Assembly (NCBI GenBank): GCA_965279525.1
Contig: CBDIIB010000004.1
Span: 992,001-1,056,000 of the forward strand
DNA from: Tagaea sp.
GTDB taxonomy: Bacteria > Pseudomonadota > Alphaproteobacteria > CACIAM-22H2
Length of the DNA stretch: 64,000 nt
Direction: 5' to 3'
Shown: one piece after another, positions 1-9,996 of the stretch
How positions within the stretch are numbered: the stretch's first letter is position 1
Layout: every line of letters begins with the position of its first letter
The notes under the pieces: model-generated
Seen by the model: only the letters and a program-made list of their open reading frames with translations
Database searches by the model: none
Told to the model about the DNA's origin: nothing
Position numbers and translations under genes: made by a program

Positions 1-660
1 ACGAAATGGACGCGCTTCCATCTCGATCCCGCCGGCATGGTCCTGACCGAAAAGGCGCCGGCCGGGCCGGCGAATATTCCGTACGAGACGATGGGCAAGG
101 GTCTGACGTTCCTCACCCCGCCGCTGACCGAGGAAGTCGAGATCGCCGGCCCGTCCGCCGCCAAGATCTTCGTATCGTCGCCGACGAACGACGCGGATAT
201 CTTCATGATGGTCCGCGTGTTCGATCCGGCGGGCAAGGAAGTGGTCTTCTCCGGTACGGTCGATCCGCACACGCCGGTCGCCCAGGGCTGGCTGCGCGCC
301 TCGCGCCGCAAACTAGACCCGAAGCTTTCGCTGCCCTACCGCCCCTACCACGTCCACGACGAGGACCAGAAGCTTGTGCCCGGGCAGGTCTACGAGCTCG
401 ACATCGAGATCTGGCCGACCGGCATCGTCGTGCCGCCGGGTTACCGCATCGGCGTGAGCGTTCTCGGCAGGGACTACGAGTGGGACGGTCCCGGCGTGCG
501 CCTTTCGAACTTCAAGAACGAACTGCGCGGCTGCGGCCCGTTCCTGCACAACGATCCGCGCAACCGGCCGTCCGACGTGTTCGACACGACGCTCACCCTG
601 CATACCGGGCCGGGCATGGCGTCGAGCGTGCTGCTCCCCATCATTCCGAAGAAGGCCTAA
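1..660 (+). CDS. CocE/NonD-family hydrolase, C-terminal jelly-roll domain (5' part outside window)
   Basis: Frame is open from base 1 (TKWTRFHLDP...). Motifs LTFLTPPLTEEVEIAGP, GWLRASRRKLDP and PGQVYELDIEIWPT are typical of the CocE/PepX C-terminal domain. Confidence 0.8.
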   Translation, partial: TKWTRFHLDPAGMVLTEKAPAGPANIPYETMGKGLTFLTPPLTEEVEIAGPSAAKIFVSSPTNDADIFMMVRVFDPAGKEVVFSGTVDPHTPVAQGWLRASRRKLDPKLSLPYRPYHVHDEDQKLVPGQVYELDIEIWPTGIVVPPGYRIGVSVLGRDYEWDGPGVRLSNFKNELRGCGPFLHNDPRNRPSDVFDTTLTLHTGPGMASSVLLPIIPKKA

Positions 661-666
661 ACGACC

Positions 667-1665
667 ATGACGTCCGTCGCGTTGATCGGTCTCGGCTGGT
701 GGGGCAAGACGATGGCCCGCCTGCTGGCATCCAGCTCCCGCCTCAAGCTCGTGCGCGCCGTCGACATCGACCCCGCCGGTGCCGAACTCGCGCGTCAGAT
801 GGGAATCCGCTTCTCCACCAGCTACGCGGACGCGCTCGCCGATCCCGAGGTGCAGGCGGTGATCCTGTGCACGCCGCACGCGCAGCACCGCGAGCAGATC
901 CTCGCCGCCGTCGCGGCGCGCAAGCACGTGTTCTGCGAGAAGCCGCTGGCCCTGAACCGCACCGATGCGGTCGAATGCGTGGAGGCATGCCGGGCCGCGA
1001 AGCTCGTGCTCGGCATCGGGCACGAGCGCCGCTTCGAGCCGCCGATCCTCGAACTGCGCCGGCTGCTCGCCGAAGGCACGCTCGGCACGCCACTGCAGAT
1101 CGAGGCGAATTTCAGCCAGGACAAGTTCCTGAACCTGCCTGCGGACAACTGGCGCCTGTCCGCCAAGGATGCGCCGGCAGGACCGATGACCGCGACGGGC
1201 ATCCATCTGCTCGACCTGGCTGTGAGCCTGCTCGGGCCGGCACGCCGCGTCGTGGCGCATGTCGGCCAGCTCGGCAGCCAGTTGCGCAACGGCGACACGC
1301 TGGCCGTGCTCGTCGGCTTCGCGAGCGGTGCCAATGCGCTGATCAGCGCCATGCTGGCCACGCCGTTCGTCGGCCGCTTCGCGCTTTACGGCAACAAGGG
1401 CTGGGCGGAGATCGTCGACAAGGCACATCCCGAGGCGTCGGAAGGCTGGGTGATGACGACCTGCCTGCGCGGCGGAAAGCGCGAGGTGCGCGAGTTCACC
1501 GCCGCCCCTGCCGTGCTCACCAATCTGGAAGCGTTCGCCGACGCGGTCGCCGGCAAGGCGCCCTATCCGGTCACCGACGCGGAGCTTGTCGGCACGATCG
1601 CGGCACTGGAAGCCGTATTCGACTCGGCACGCCAGGGCGGCACGGTCGAAACGGTTCCCGGCTGA
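667..1665 (+). CDS. Gfo/Idh/MocA family oxidoreductase
   Basis: IGLGWWG Rossmann motif; KHVFCEKP motif; GIHLLD. Confidence 0.9.
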   Translation: MTSVALIGLGWWGKTMARLLASSSRLKLVRAVDIDPAGAELARQMGIRFSTSYADALADPEVQAVILCTPHAQHREQILAAVAARKHVFCEKPLALNRTDAVECVEACRAAKLVLGIGHERRFEPPILELRRLLAEGTLGTPLQIEANFSQDKFLNLPADNWRLSAKDAPAGPMTATGIHLLDLAVSLLGPARRVVAHVGQLGSQLRNGDTLAVLVGFASGANALISAMLATPFVGRFALYGNKGWAEIVDKAHPEASEGWVMTTCLRGGKREVREFTAAPAVLTNLEAFADAVAGKAPYPVTDAELVGTIAALEAVFDSARQGGTVETVPG

Positions 1666-1669
1666 TCCG

Positions 1670-2209
1670 ATGAGCGAGCGACGCCAATCCGTATCGGCCG
1701 AGGCCTTCCGGGCGGGCATGTCGCGTCTTGGCGCTGCGGTCAACATCGTCACGACCGACGGCCCGGCGGGAAAGCACGGCATCACGGCATCGGCAGTCTG
1801 CAGCGTGACCGATTCGCCGCCGACCGTGCTGGTCTGCGTCAATCGCAGCTCGAGCGCCCACGACGTCATCGTCGGCAACGGCGCCTTTTGCGTGAACGTG
1901 CTGGGCCAGGGGCACGAACAGCTGGCGATGCGCTTCGGCAAGCCCGGCATCGAACCCGTCGAGCGTTTCGCGGGCGAACACTGGACGACACTGGTGACCG
2001 GCTCGCCGCTGCTGAAGGACGCCACTGCCGGGTTCGATTGCCGCGTGATCGACCGCCATGCGGTGGGCACGCACAGCGTGATCGTCGCCGAGGTGGTCGG
2101 CATCGCGAAGGCCGACCTCGGCCAGAGCCTGATCTATTTCGACCGCTCCTTCCATGCGCTCAGCCCGCGCCCGCAGGAACACGTCGGGATGCACCGGGAG
2201 CGAACCTGA
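1670..2209 (+). CDS. Flavin reductase (HpaC/RutF-like)
   Basis: FRAGMSRLGAAVNIVTT, SAVCSVTDSPPTVLVC and VGTHSV motifs; ATG 4 nt after the upstream stop. Confidence 0.9.
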   Translation: MSERRQSVSAEAFRAGMSRLGAAVNIVTTDGPAGKHGITASAVCSVTDSPPTVLVCVNRSSSAHDVIVGNGAFCVNVLGQGHEQLAMRFGKPGIEPVERFAGEHWTTLVTGSPLLKDATAGFDCRVIDRHAVGTHSVIVAEVVGIAKADLGQSLIYFDRSFHALSPRPQEHVGMHRERT

Positions 2210-2262
2210 TCTTCCCTTTCGCGCCCCGACCGGAAATCCGGTTTCAAAGGAGAAATCGTGCG

Positions 2263-3006
2263 ATGCCGAAGTCACTCTCGCCGCAGGCGGTCGCGGAATA
2301 TCATGCGACGGGCTTCCGGTTTCCGGTTCCCGCACTGGCCGAAGACGAAGCGCGTTCCTATCGCCAGCGCCTGGAGGCATTCATCGACGAGAACGGCGGC
2401 AGCAAGGGTGCACGAAAGCTTCTGTTCGAGAAGGCGCATCTGAGGTGCCCACCGCTCGCCGAACTCGTCCGCCACCCGAAGATACTCGATGCCGTCGAGG
2501 ACGTGCTTGGCCCGGACATCCTCTGCTGGGCATCCACGATCTTCCTGAAGGAGCCGCAAGACAACGCATATGTCTCCTGGCATCAGGATGCGATGTACTG
2601 GGGTCTCGATCCTGCCGATGTCGTGACGGCGTGGGTCGCCTTGACCGACAGCCAGCCGGAGAACGGCGCGATGCAGGTTCTCCCGGAAAGCCATCTCGGC
2701 GCGCTGTTCCGCCACAACGAGACATTTGCGCCAGACAACATGCTTACGCGCGGACAGGAAATCGCCGTCGAGGTCGATCCCGCGAAAGTCGTCACGCTCG
2801 CCCTTCGCGCCGGGGAGATGTCGCTGCATCACGTGAAACTGGCGCACGGCTCGGCTGCGAACAGGTCCGGGAACCGGCGGATCGGCTACGCGATCCGCTA
2901 CGTTGCACCGCATGTCCGGCAAAGCAACAGCGGGCGCGACAGGGCGACGCTTCTTCGCGGCGTCGACAGGTTCGGGAACTTCCGGCCGGAATCCGCGCCG
3001 GACTGA
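2263..3006 (+). CDS. PhyH-family Fe(II)/2-oxoglutarate dioxygenase
   Basis: WHQD (HxD) and HGS..N.S..RR motifs; AGGAG RBS upstream. Confidence 0.85.
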   Translation: MPKSLSPQAVAEYHATGFRFPVPALAEDEARSYRQRLEAFIDENGGSKGARKLLFEKAHLRCPPLAELVRHPKILDAVEDVLGPDILCWASTIFLKEPQDNAYVSWHQDAMYWGLDPADVVTAWVALTDSQPENGAMQVLPESHLGALFRHNETFAPDNMLTRGQEIAVEVDPAKVVTLALRAGEMSLHHVKLAHGSAANRSGNRRIGYAIRYVAPHVRQSNSGRDRATLLRGVDRFGNFRPESAPD

Positions 3007-3140
3007 CCCCAGGCGGCGATGCCTACGTGCGCGAGCCGTCGGCTTCTGCCGTTGCACGAAAAGGGGTACCGACAGCCGCAACGATGAACGGATGCGCGAT
3101 GGCGCCGATCCGGAGACCGGCGCCATCGTGCGACCGCGAA

Positions 3141-3509
3141 CTACATCCAGTAGCTCGGCGACTTGTAGTAGCTGTCCACCTTCCGGCCGTAGTCCGGAGT
3201 CCACTTGAAGTCCTCGCTGCTGTCGTAGTTCGGCGCGTCTTCGAGGACCTTCTTGTCGAGATTGACGACGTAGCCGCCCTTCTTGGCATCGTACTTCAGG
3301 GTCGCCCACGGCAGGGGATGGTGCTTCTCGCCCATGCCGAGGAAGCCGCCAAACGACATGATCGCGTAGATGGCCCGGCCGCTGGCCTTGTCGATCAGGA
3401 TGTCGTCGACGCTCCCGAGCTTCTCGCCCGCAAGATTGTAGACATTGGTGCCTTCGACCTTGTCGGCGGCTATGAGGGAATCGGTGGTCATCGAATTGGG
3501 TTCCATCAT
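3141..3509 (-). CDS. PRC-barrel domain protein
   Basis: LIAADKVEGTNVYN, SFGGFLGMGE and PLPW motifs; GAGGAG RBS. Confidence 0.9.
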   Translation of the reverse strand: MMEPNSMTTDSLIAADKVEGTNVYNLAGEKLGSVDDILIDKASGRAIYAIMSFGGFLGMGEKHHPLPWATLKYDAKKGGYVVNLDKKVLEDAPNYDSSEDFKWTPDYGRKVDSYYKSPSYWM

Positions 3510-3541
3510 CGGTAAACTCCTCGAGAGAAAATATCGCGCCG

Positions 3542-3566
3542 AACATATCGGCGTCGATCCGGTTGG
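3542..3566 (-). promoter_or_regulatory. Possible EcfG/sigmaT-type promoter for the PRC-barrel gene
   Basis: CCAAC-N17-GTT matches only the AAC-N17-GTT core of GGAAC-N16-CGTT; PRC-barrel genes are often in the general stress regulon. Confidence 0.2.
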
Positions 3567-4010
3567 GCGGAAGCCCGGACGGGCAACCTGCCGAAACCGC
3601 GCGACGTTACGCACCGCTGGCTGGAACGAGACAGCGCCGGAATCTACCCAAACGACCGGCCGGAATCCGGCAACATCGAACTGCTGCATTCGTGATCCGA
3701 TCCGAAATCGCGAACCGTGCCTATGAACTAAAGGTGCGCGACTGACTGCGGATTTCCTTGGGACATGCCGGCCATGCGGAAGCGATATCGATGAACAACT
3801 GGCAGGCACTTGCCGTCCGGCTCGCGCCAGTCGACGACACAGCGGGGAACGATTTGTCCTGCCGAGGTCTTTGGGGAGATTGGGGGGTAACTCGCTGGCT
3901 AAATCAGCCACCACTGTCCCCTCAACCCCCGATTCCCGAAAACCACGGCAAAGCCGCCTGGCGGACTGCCAGGACCTAGAAATACGTATTTAAATCAGTG
4001 AATTGCTTGC

Positions 4011-4047
4011 CCCCACAGGGGCCGCCCGAAGGCCGGTTTGTGTGGGG
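4011..4047 (-). terminator. Hairpin just downstream of tRNA-Met
   Basis: CCCCACA...TGTGGGG inverted repeat; no clear U-tract. Confidence 0.3.
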
Positions 4048-4052
4048 TAGCA

Positions 4053-4127
4053 TGGTAGCGGCGGAGGGATTTGAACCCCCGACCAAGGGATTATGATTCC
4101 CCTGCTCTACCACTGAGCTACGCCGCC
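4053..4127 (-). tRNA. tRNA-Met(CAT), elongator type
   Basis: Full cloverleaf GGCGGCG...CAT anticodon...TTCAAAT...ACCA with encoded CCA; lacks the initiator C1:A72 mismatch. Confidence 0.93.
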
Positions 4128-4164
4128 GAAGTGGTGGTCCGTGTAAGGGGCCGGGACGCCCAAG

Positions 4165-5292
4165 TCAAGCCGTCTGCGCGGCCGGCGGGCGGACGATCCA
4201 GCCGCCGCCGAGCACGCGGCCGGAATCGTAGAGAACGCAGGCCTGGCCGGCGGCGATCCCGTATTCCGGCTCGTCGAGATGGACCGACGCCGAACCGTCC
4301 GGGTGGCGCTCGAATCGCGCGGCCTTGGGGCCGGTCGTCGAGCGGATGCGCGCCGCCGCGATGTCGCCCGACGGGGCTGCCCCCAGCCAGTTCGTGTCCT
4401 TGAGCTGCAATTCGCGCCCCGCGAGCGCTTCGCGTGGGCCGACGACGACGCGCGCGGTTTCCGGTTCGACGCGCAGCACGTAGAGCGGCTCGGCATCGGT
4501 CGCGCGCGCGCCGATATTGAGGCCGCGCCGCTGGCCGACCGTGAAACCGATCGTGCCCTCGTGCCGGCCCAGCACGTTGCCGGCCGCATCGACGATGTCG
4601 CCGGGCACGGCCGCCTCCGGCTTCAGCCGCTCGACCAGATCGCGGTATTTGCCGTCGGGCACGAAGCAGATGTCCTGGCTGTCGGGCTTCGTCGCGACCG
4701 GCAGGTCGAAGCGGGCTGCATGCCTGCGCACGTCGCTCTTCGGCATGCCGCCGAGCGGGAAACGCAGATAGTCGAGCTGGACCTGCGTGGTGGCGAACAG
4801 GAAATAGCTCTGGTCGCGCGACGGATCGACCGCGGCATGCAGCTGCGCGCCGCCCGGTGCCGCGATGCGGCGCGCGTAGTGGCCGGTCGCAAGGGCCGCC
4901 GCCCCCAGGTCGTGCGCGACTGCCAGAAGGTCGCGGAACTTGACCGTGCGGTTGCACTGGACGCACGGGATCGGCGTCTCGCCGCGCGCATAGCTGTCGA
5001 CGAAATCGGCGATCACCGCGTCCTTGAAGCGGCTCTCGTAGTCGAGCACGTAATGCGGGATGCCGATCCGGTCGGCGACGTTGCGCGCGTCGTGGATGTC
5101 CTGGCCCGCACAGCAGGCCCCCTTCTTCTTCGCCGCCGCCCCGTGGTCGTAGAGCTGCAGCGTGACGCCGACCACGTCGTAGCCGGCTTCCTTGAGCAGG
5201 GCCGCCGTCACCGAGGAATCCACGCCGCCAGACATCGCGACGACGACGCGGGAACCCGCCGGCAGGTCCATTTCGAGGTCGGCCGCACTCAT
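4165..5292 (-). CDS. mnmA: tRNA-specific 2-thiouridylase MnmA
   Basis: [40 protein letters not shown] and GQRRGL motifs. Confidence 0.97.
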   Translation of the reverse strand: MSAADLEMDLPAGSRVVVAMSGGVDSSVTAALLKEAGYDVVGVTLQLYDHGAAAKKKGACCAGQDIHDARNVADRIGIPHYVLDYESRFKDAVIADFVDSYARGETPIPCVQCNRTVKFRDLLAVAHDLGAAALATGHYARRIAAPGGAQLHAAVDPSRDQSYFLFATTQVQLDYLRFPLGGMPKSDVRRHAARFDLPVATKPDSQDICFVPDGKYRDLVERLKPEAAVPGDIVDAAGNVLGRHEGTIGFTVGQRRGLNIGARATDAEPLYVLRVEPETARVVVGPREALAGRELQLKDTNWLGAAPSGDIAAARIRSTTGPKAARFERHPDGSASVHLDEPEYGIAAGQACVLYDSGRVLGGGWIVRPPAAQTA

Positions 5293-5963
5293 GCGTCGAG
5301 CCCCATCTGCCAGAAGGCGGCTTCCAGGCGGCAAGCCTTGTCGAAGGTCTTCGCGAGATCGTCGAAGCGGCCCTCGTTGGCGCGCACCTTCCACAGCCGG
5401 TCGGCCTCGTCGGCGATGCCGCGCGCCACCATCGCGAAATCTTCGCCGCCGTAGGTCTCGATCCACGCGCGATAGGGATTGGCCGAATTGTCGGCAGCGG
5501 CAAGGCGCCGGCCGATCTCGGCATAGCCCATCGCGCACGGGGCAAGCGCCACCACGAGATCGAGCAGATCGCCCTGCATCCCCTTCTCGAGCACGTAGCG
5601 CGTGTAGGCCATCGTCGCGTCGGCCTCGGGCGTGGCTTCGATGTCGGCCTCGCTGAGGCCCCAGCCGCGGCAGAACTCGATATGCAGGCCGGTTTCCCGG
5701 TCAAGGATCGCCTTCACGCTCGCGTTGGATTTACGCATCTCGGCAAGGGTCGACGATTTGTAGACTGCCAGTGCCCACGCGCGCGCGTAGTGCATCAAGA
5801 AGAGATAGTCCTGCTTGAGATAGTGCTTGAACGAGGCGACCGGCAGCGTGCCGTCGCCGAGCCGGCGCACGAACGCGTGGTCGACATAGGCACTCCAGGA
5901 GGGCCGGCAGGCCGCGACCAGCCGGTCGGCGAGCCCGCCCTTGACCCAGAGTGCCGTCGTCAT
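5289..5963 (-). CDS. tenA: Thiaminase II / TenA (Cys-type)
   Basis: [16 protein letters not shown] (catalytic Cys), [10 protein letters not shown] and LEAAFW motifs. Confidence 0.9.
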   Translation of the reverse strand: MTTALWVKGGLADRLVAACRPSWSAYVDHAFVRRLGDGTLPVASFKHYLKQDYLFLMHYARAWALAVYKSSTLAEMRKSNASVKAILDRETGLHIEFCRGWGLSEADIEATPEADATMAYTRYVLEKGMQGDLLDLVVALAPCAMGYAEIGRRLAAADNSANPYRAWIETYGGEDFAMVARGIADEADRLWKVRANEGRFDDLAKTFDKACRLEAAFWQMGLDA

Positions 5964-6163
5964 TCCCGCTCCCCGAGCCAGGCCATCTGGATCGCCTCGA
6001 GGATCTTCTCGTTGGACTTGGCGGGATCGTCGGCAAAGCCGGGCAGCGCCTGGACCCACTTCCACAGGTCGGTGAAGCGCAGGTTCACGACGTCGGCCTC
6101 GGGATGGGCTTCCTCGAGTTCGATCGCGATGTCGTTGACGTCGGTCCAGCGCAGCTTCTTCAT
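5960..6163 (-). CDS. iscX: Fe-S assembly protein IscX
   Basis: LRWTD..DIAI.L, LRFTDL, SNEKILEAIQMAW. Confidence 0.95.
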   Translation of the reverse strand: MKKLRWTDVNDIAIELEEAHPEADVVNLRFTDLWKWVQALPGFADDPAKSNEKILEAIQMAWLGERE

Positions 6164-6173
6164 CGCCCGGGTC

Positions 6174-6512
6174 CTAGGTCTTGTCGACCATCATGTTGCG
6201 CGTCGCCGTCGGCAGCGAGACCTTGAGGCCGTCGAGCTCGTCGGTGATCGTGATCTGGCAGCCGAGACGCGAGGTGTGCGTCAGGCCGAAGGCGAGATCG
6301 AGCATGTCCTCCTCGTCCTCGGTCGCCTCGGGCAGGCGCTCGTAATCGTCCTTGTCGACGACGACGTGGCAGGTCGAACAGGCGAGCGAACCTTCGCACG
6401 CCCCTTCCAGCGGCACGTCGTTGCGGTGCGCGATTTCCAGCACCGACAGCCCGACCGGCGCATCGACTTCCTTCTTGGTGCCGTCGGGCATCACGAATGT
6501 CATTTTCGGCAT
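6174..6512 (-). CDS. fdx: Adrenodoxin-type 2Fe-2S ferredoxin
   Basis: [14 protein letters not shown] ... SRLGCQI. Confidence 0.95.
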   Translation of the reverse strand: MPKMTFVMPDGTKKEVDAPVGLSVLEIAHRNDVPLEGACEGSLACSTCHVVVDKDDYERLPEATEDEEDMLDLAFGLTHTSRLGCQITITDELDGLKVSLPTATRNMMVDKT

Positions 6513-6545
6513 CTTGTTCTCTCTTCTTGTCTCGTCTCGCGTTGT

Positions 6546-8408
6546 CTAGCCGCCGATTTCGGCCACGTTGCGGCCCGCAAGCGCCCTGCGGATGCCGCGG
6601 TCCATGCGCCGTTCGGCGAAAACCTTCGTCCTGTGCTCGAGTTCCTCCGCCGCCCCCTGGATGGCGTCGCGTCCGCTACCTGACATCGCGCGCTCCACCG
6701 TTTCCACGCAGGCGTCGATCGCGGCGCGCTCGGCCGCGTCGAGCAGGTCGGCATCGACCGCGAGAGCCGCCTGCAGCGCGTTGATCGCCCGGCGGGCCTC
6801 GACGCGCGCTTCGGTCAGCAGGCGGCGATCCATGTCGCCTTCGGCGTTGTCGATGGACGCGCGCAGCATGTCGGCCATCTCGTCCTCGGTCAGGCCGTAG
6901 GACGGCTTCACCTCGACGCGCGCCTCGCGCCCCGTCGTGCTTTCGCGCGCCGAGACGGCGAGCAGGCCGTCGGCATCGACCGAGAAGCTGACGCGGATGC
7001 GCGCGGCACCCGCCACCATCGGCGGGATGCCGTCGAGTTCGAAGCGCGCGAGGCTGCGGCACTGGTCGACCATCTCGCGCTCGCCCTGCACGACATGGAT
7101 CGCCATGGCGTCCTGGCCGTCCTGGTAGGTCGTGAATTCCTGCGCGCGCGCCACCGGGATGGGGGTGTTGCGCTCGACGATCTTCTCGACGATGCCGCCC
7201 ATCGTCTCGATGCCCAGCGAAAGCGGCAGCACGTCGAGCAGCAGCGTGTCGGAACCCACGGTCAGCGCTTCGGCCTGCAGCGCGGCCCCCACCGCGACGA
7301 CCTCGTCCGGGTCGATGTCGGCAAGCGGCGGCCGGCCGAAGAACGAAGCGACCTTCGCGCGCACCAGCGGCACGCGCGTCGAACCGCCGACCAGCACGAT
7401 CCCGTCGAGCGCGCCAGCCGCGATACCGGCATCCTCGAGCACCGAGGCGCAGATCTCCAGCGTGCGCGCGACGCGCGGCGCGATCAGCGTCTCGAACGTC
7501 GCGCGGTCGATCGCGTGGTCGCTGTCGCCGGAATCGAGCATCAGCGTGCCGTCCCAGTCGTCCTTGTCGGTCAGGCATTCCTTGGCGAGGCGTGCCGTGG
7601 CCAGCGCCTGCTTGACCTCGTCGCGCGATACGGCCCCGCCGCGCTCGGCAAGGAACCGCTCGGCGACCGCATGGTCGAAATCGTCGCCGCCCAACGCGGC
7701 ATCGCCGCCGGTGGCCAGTACCTGGAACACGCCCTTCTCGAGGCGCAGCAGCGAGAAATCGAACGTGCCGCCGCCAAGGTCGTAAACCGCGAACAGACCT
7801 TCGGACTTGCTGTCCAGGCCGTAGGCGAGGGCCGCCGCCGTCGGCTCGGAGACGAGGCGGAGTACGTCGAGCCCGGCAAGGCGCGCGGCATCGCGCGTGG
7901 CGGTGCGCGCCGCGTCGTCGAAATAGGCGGGCACGGTCACGACCGCGCGGTCGACATTGCGCCCCAACGCGAGCTCCGCGCGCTCCTTGACCGCGCGCAG
8001 GATGTCGGCGCTGATCTCGACCGGTGTGAGCAGGCGATTGCCGATCTTCAGGCGCGCCATGCCGCCTTCGGCGGCGGGCCCGAGCTCGTAGGGAAGCTGG
8101 CCGCCGAGCTTTGCAAGATCGGCCACGCCCCGGCCCATCAGCCGCTTGATCGAGGAGACGACGATGTCGGGCCGGTCGAGCAGCTGGCGGCGCGCGATCT
8201 CGCCCACCAGCGCTTCGCCGCCATCGAGATAGGCCACGACCGACGGGACGAGGCCCGAGCCGCGCGCATCGCGCACGACTTCGACCTTCTGGTCGTGCGA
8301 GATGGCGACGACCGAATTGGTGGTGCCGAGATCGATGCCGACCGCCAGGCCCTTCTCGCCTTCGTGCGGCAGCGGCGTTTCGCCCGGCTCGTGGATCTGG
8401 AGCAGCAT
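6546..8408 (-). CDS. hscA: Fe-S chaperone HscA (Hsp70)
   Basis: MLLQIHEPG start, GIDLGTTNS, DLGGGTFD; isc context. Confidence 0.96.
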   Translation of the reverse strand: MLLQIHEPGETPLPHEGEKGLAVGIDLGTTNSVVAISHDQKVEVVRDARGSGLVPSVVAYLDGGEALVGEIARRQLLDRPDIVVSSIKRLMGRGVADLAKLGGQLPYELGPAAEGGMARLKIGNRLLTPVEISADILRAVKERAELALGRNVDRAVVTVPAYFDDAARTATRDAARLAGLDVLRLVSEPTAAALAYGLDSKSEGLFAVYDLGGGTFDFSLLRLEKGVFQVLATGGDAALGGDDFDHAVAERFLAERGGAVSRDEVKQALATARLAKECLTDKDDWDGTLMLDSGDSDHAIDRATFETLIAPRVARTLEICASVLEDAGIAAGALDGIVLVGGSTRVPLVRAKVASFFGRPPLADIDPDEVVAVGAALQAEALTVGSDTLLLDVLPLSLGIETMGGIVEKIVERNTPIPVARAQEFTTYQDGQDAMAIHVVQGEREMVDQCRSLARFELDGIPPMVAGAARIRVSFSVDADGLLAVSARESTTGREARVEVKPSYGLTEDEMADMLRASIDNAEGDMDRRLLTEARVEARRAINALQAALAVDADLLDAAERAAIDACVETVERAMSGSGRDAIQGAAEELEHRTKVFAERRMDRGIRRALAGRNVAEIGG

Positions 8409-9070
8409 CAGGCCGTCCCCGCCATCGCGAGCCGCGCACGGCGCGAGCGGGCTTCCTCGCCGAGCTTGACGAGATATTTGAGCCGCAGCGTTCCGATGCG
8501 CGCGGCCGCAAGATCACCGCGCGCGAAGGCGGCCGCCACCGTCTCGATGCACGCGGCGGCGTCGGCGCGCGCCTTCGCGGCGATCGCCTCGACGGCGACC
8601 GCGTCGACCGCTTCGAACAGCGCCTCGCGCCGTTCCATCTGTTCGTCGAGCAGACCTGCATCGTGGATCGTGTGGGCGCCCTCGCCCTCGATCGGATGCC
8701 CGTGCAGCTTCAGCAAATATGTGGCGCGCGCCAACGGGTCCTTCAGCGTCTCGTAGGCTTCGTTGAAGGCGACGGCCTGGCTCTGGGAAATCTGCCGCGC
8801 CTTGGGGACCGCCCCGGCGAACCGGTCGGGATGGAGCTGGCGCTGGAAACCGAAATAGAGCTGTTCGAGGACCGGCACCTTGAGGTCGAACGCCGCCGGC
8901 AGGCCGAGACGCGCGAAATGGTCGATCGGTGACGGCGGCTGGACCGCCTTGCACGTGGCGCAGAACAGCGAAGCGGGATCGACCGGCCCGCGGCACGACC
9001 AGCACGCCGCCAGCGCTGCCGCAGGAGCGGCAGCCGGATCAGGACCGGAGGGGCGTGGCGTCTGGTGCAT
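8408..9070 (-). CDS. hscB: Co-chaperone HscB with N-terminal tetracysteine domain
   Basis: J-domain HPD motif, NEAYETLKDPLARA; N-terminal CWSC...FCATC; start codon uncertain. Confidence 0.92.
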   Translation of the reverse strand: MHQTPRPSGPDPAAAPAAALAACWSCRGPVDPASLFCATCKAVQPPSPIDHFARLGLPAAFDLKVPVLEQLYFGFQRQLHPDRFAGAVPKARQISQSQAVAFNEAYETLKDPLARATYLLKLHGHPIEGEGAHTIHDAGLLDEQMERREALFEAVDAVAVEAIAAKARADAAACIETVAAAFARGDLAAARIGTLRLKYLVKLGEEARSRRARLAMAGTA

Positions 9071-9154
9071 GGACGGACGGAACTTCAAGCGGGACGAGGT
9101 CGGCCTTCTAGCGCGGGCCGACCGTCGGGGAAAGCGCCAAAACGGCTGGCCTGG

Positions 9155-9568
9155 CTAGATGTGGAAGCTTTCGCCGCAGCCGCAGCGGCCCTTCTCGTTG
9201 GGATTGCGGAAAACGAAGCCGGACTGCAGCTTTTCCTCGACGAAATCCATCTCGGTGCCGAAGACGAACATCGAGGCCTTCGGATCGATGAAGATCGCGA
9301 TCCCGGGCGTGGGCTCGACCACTTCGTCGCCCGGCCCCTTCGCGTCGGCATATTCGAGCGTGTAGGTCATGCCCGAGCAGCCGCGCGTGCGCACGCCCAC
9401 GCGCACGCCCGCCGACGGCTTGCCGCGCTTGTCGAGCAGCGCCTTGACGCGTTCGACCGCCGCCGGCGTGACGGTGATCGGCGGCGGGCGCACGCGCGGC
9501 GCGCGCTTGACCACGGGGACGGCGGCGGGGGAGACCGCGGCAGTTGGCGATGCGGCTGTGTCGGTCAC
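9155..9568 (-). CDS. iscA: A-type Fe-S carrier IscA
   Basis: RGCSG and NPNEKGRCGCGESF motifs. Confidence 0.95.
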   Translation of the reverse strand: MTDTAASPTAAVSPAAVPVVKRAPRVRPPPITVTPAAVERVKALLDKRGKPSAGVRVGVRTRGCSGMTYTLEYADAKGPGDEVVEPTPGIAIFIDPKASMFVFGTEMDFVEEKLQSGFVFRNPNEKGRCGCGESFHI

Positions 9569-9581
9569 GTCCGTCTCTCCT

Positions 9582-9962
9582 TCAGACCCGCTTCTTGCGG
9601 TAGTCGTCGATCGCCGCCTTGATCGCGTCCTCGGCGAGGACCGAGCAATGGATCTTCACCGGCGGCAGCGCCAGATGCTTGGCGATGTCGGTGTTCTTGA
9701 TCGTCGCGGCCTCGTCCACCGTCTTGCCCTTGACCCATTCGGTCACGAGCGAAGACGACGCGATCGCCGAGCCGCAGCCGAAGGTCTTGAACTTCGCGTC
9801 CTCGATGATGCCCTCGGCATTGACCTTGATCTGCAGCTTCATCACGTCGCCGCAGGCAGGTGCGCCCACGAGACCCGTGCCGACGCCGGGATCGTTCTTG
9901 TCGAGCGCGCCCACGTTGCGGGGGTTCTCGAAGTGATCGACCAGTTTTTCGCTGTAGGCCAT
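9582..9962 (-). CDS. iscU: Fe-S scaffold IscU
   Basis: GAPACGDVM, FKTFGCGSAIA, LPPVKIHCS. Confidence 0.98.
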   Translation of the reverse strand: MAYSEKLVDHFENPRNVGALDKNDPGVGTGLVGAPACGDVMKLQIKVNAEGIIEDAKFKTFGCGSAIASSSLVTEWVKGKTVDEAATIKNTDIAKHLALPPVKIHCSVLAEDAIKAAIDDYRKKRV

Positions 9963-9996
9963 GTGTCCGTACTCCTGTTTTCCAATCGGCGAAGCG

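Noticed and set aside
3758-3979. 73-aa ORF next to tRNA-Met
   Set aside because: TTG start, no RBS, atypical composition and no recognisable motif
7095-8756. 553-aa ORF antisense to hscA
   Set aside because: Well-known shadow ORF opposite Hsp70 genes in GC-rich genomes; no independent motifs
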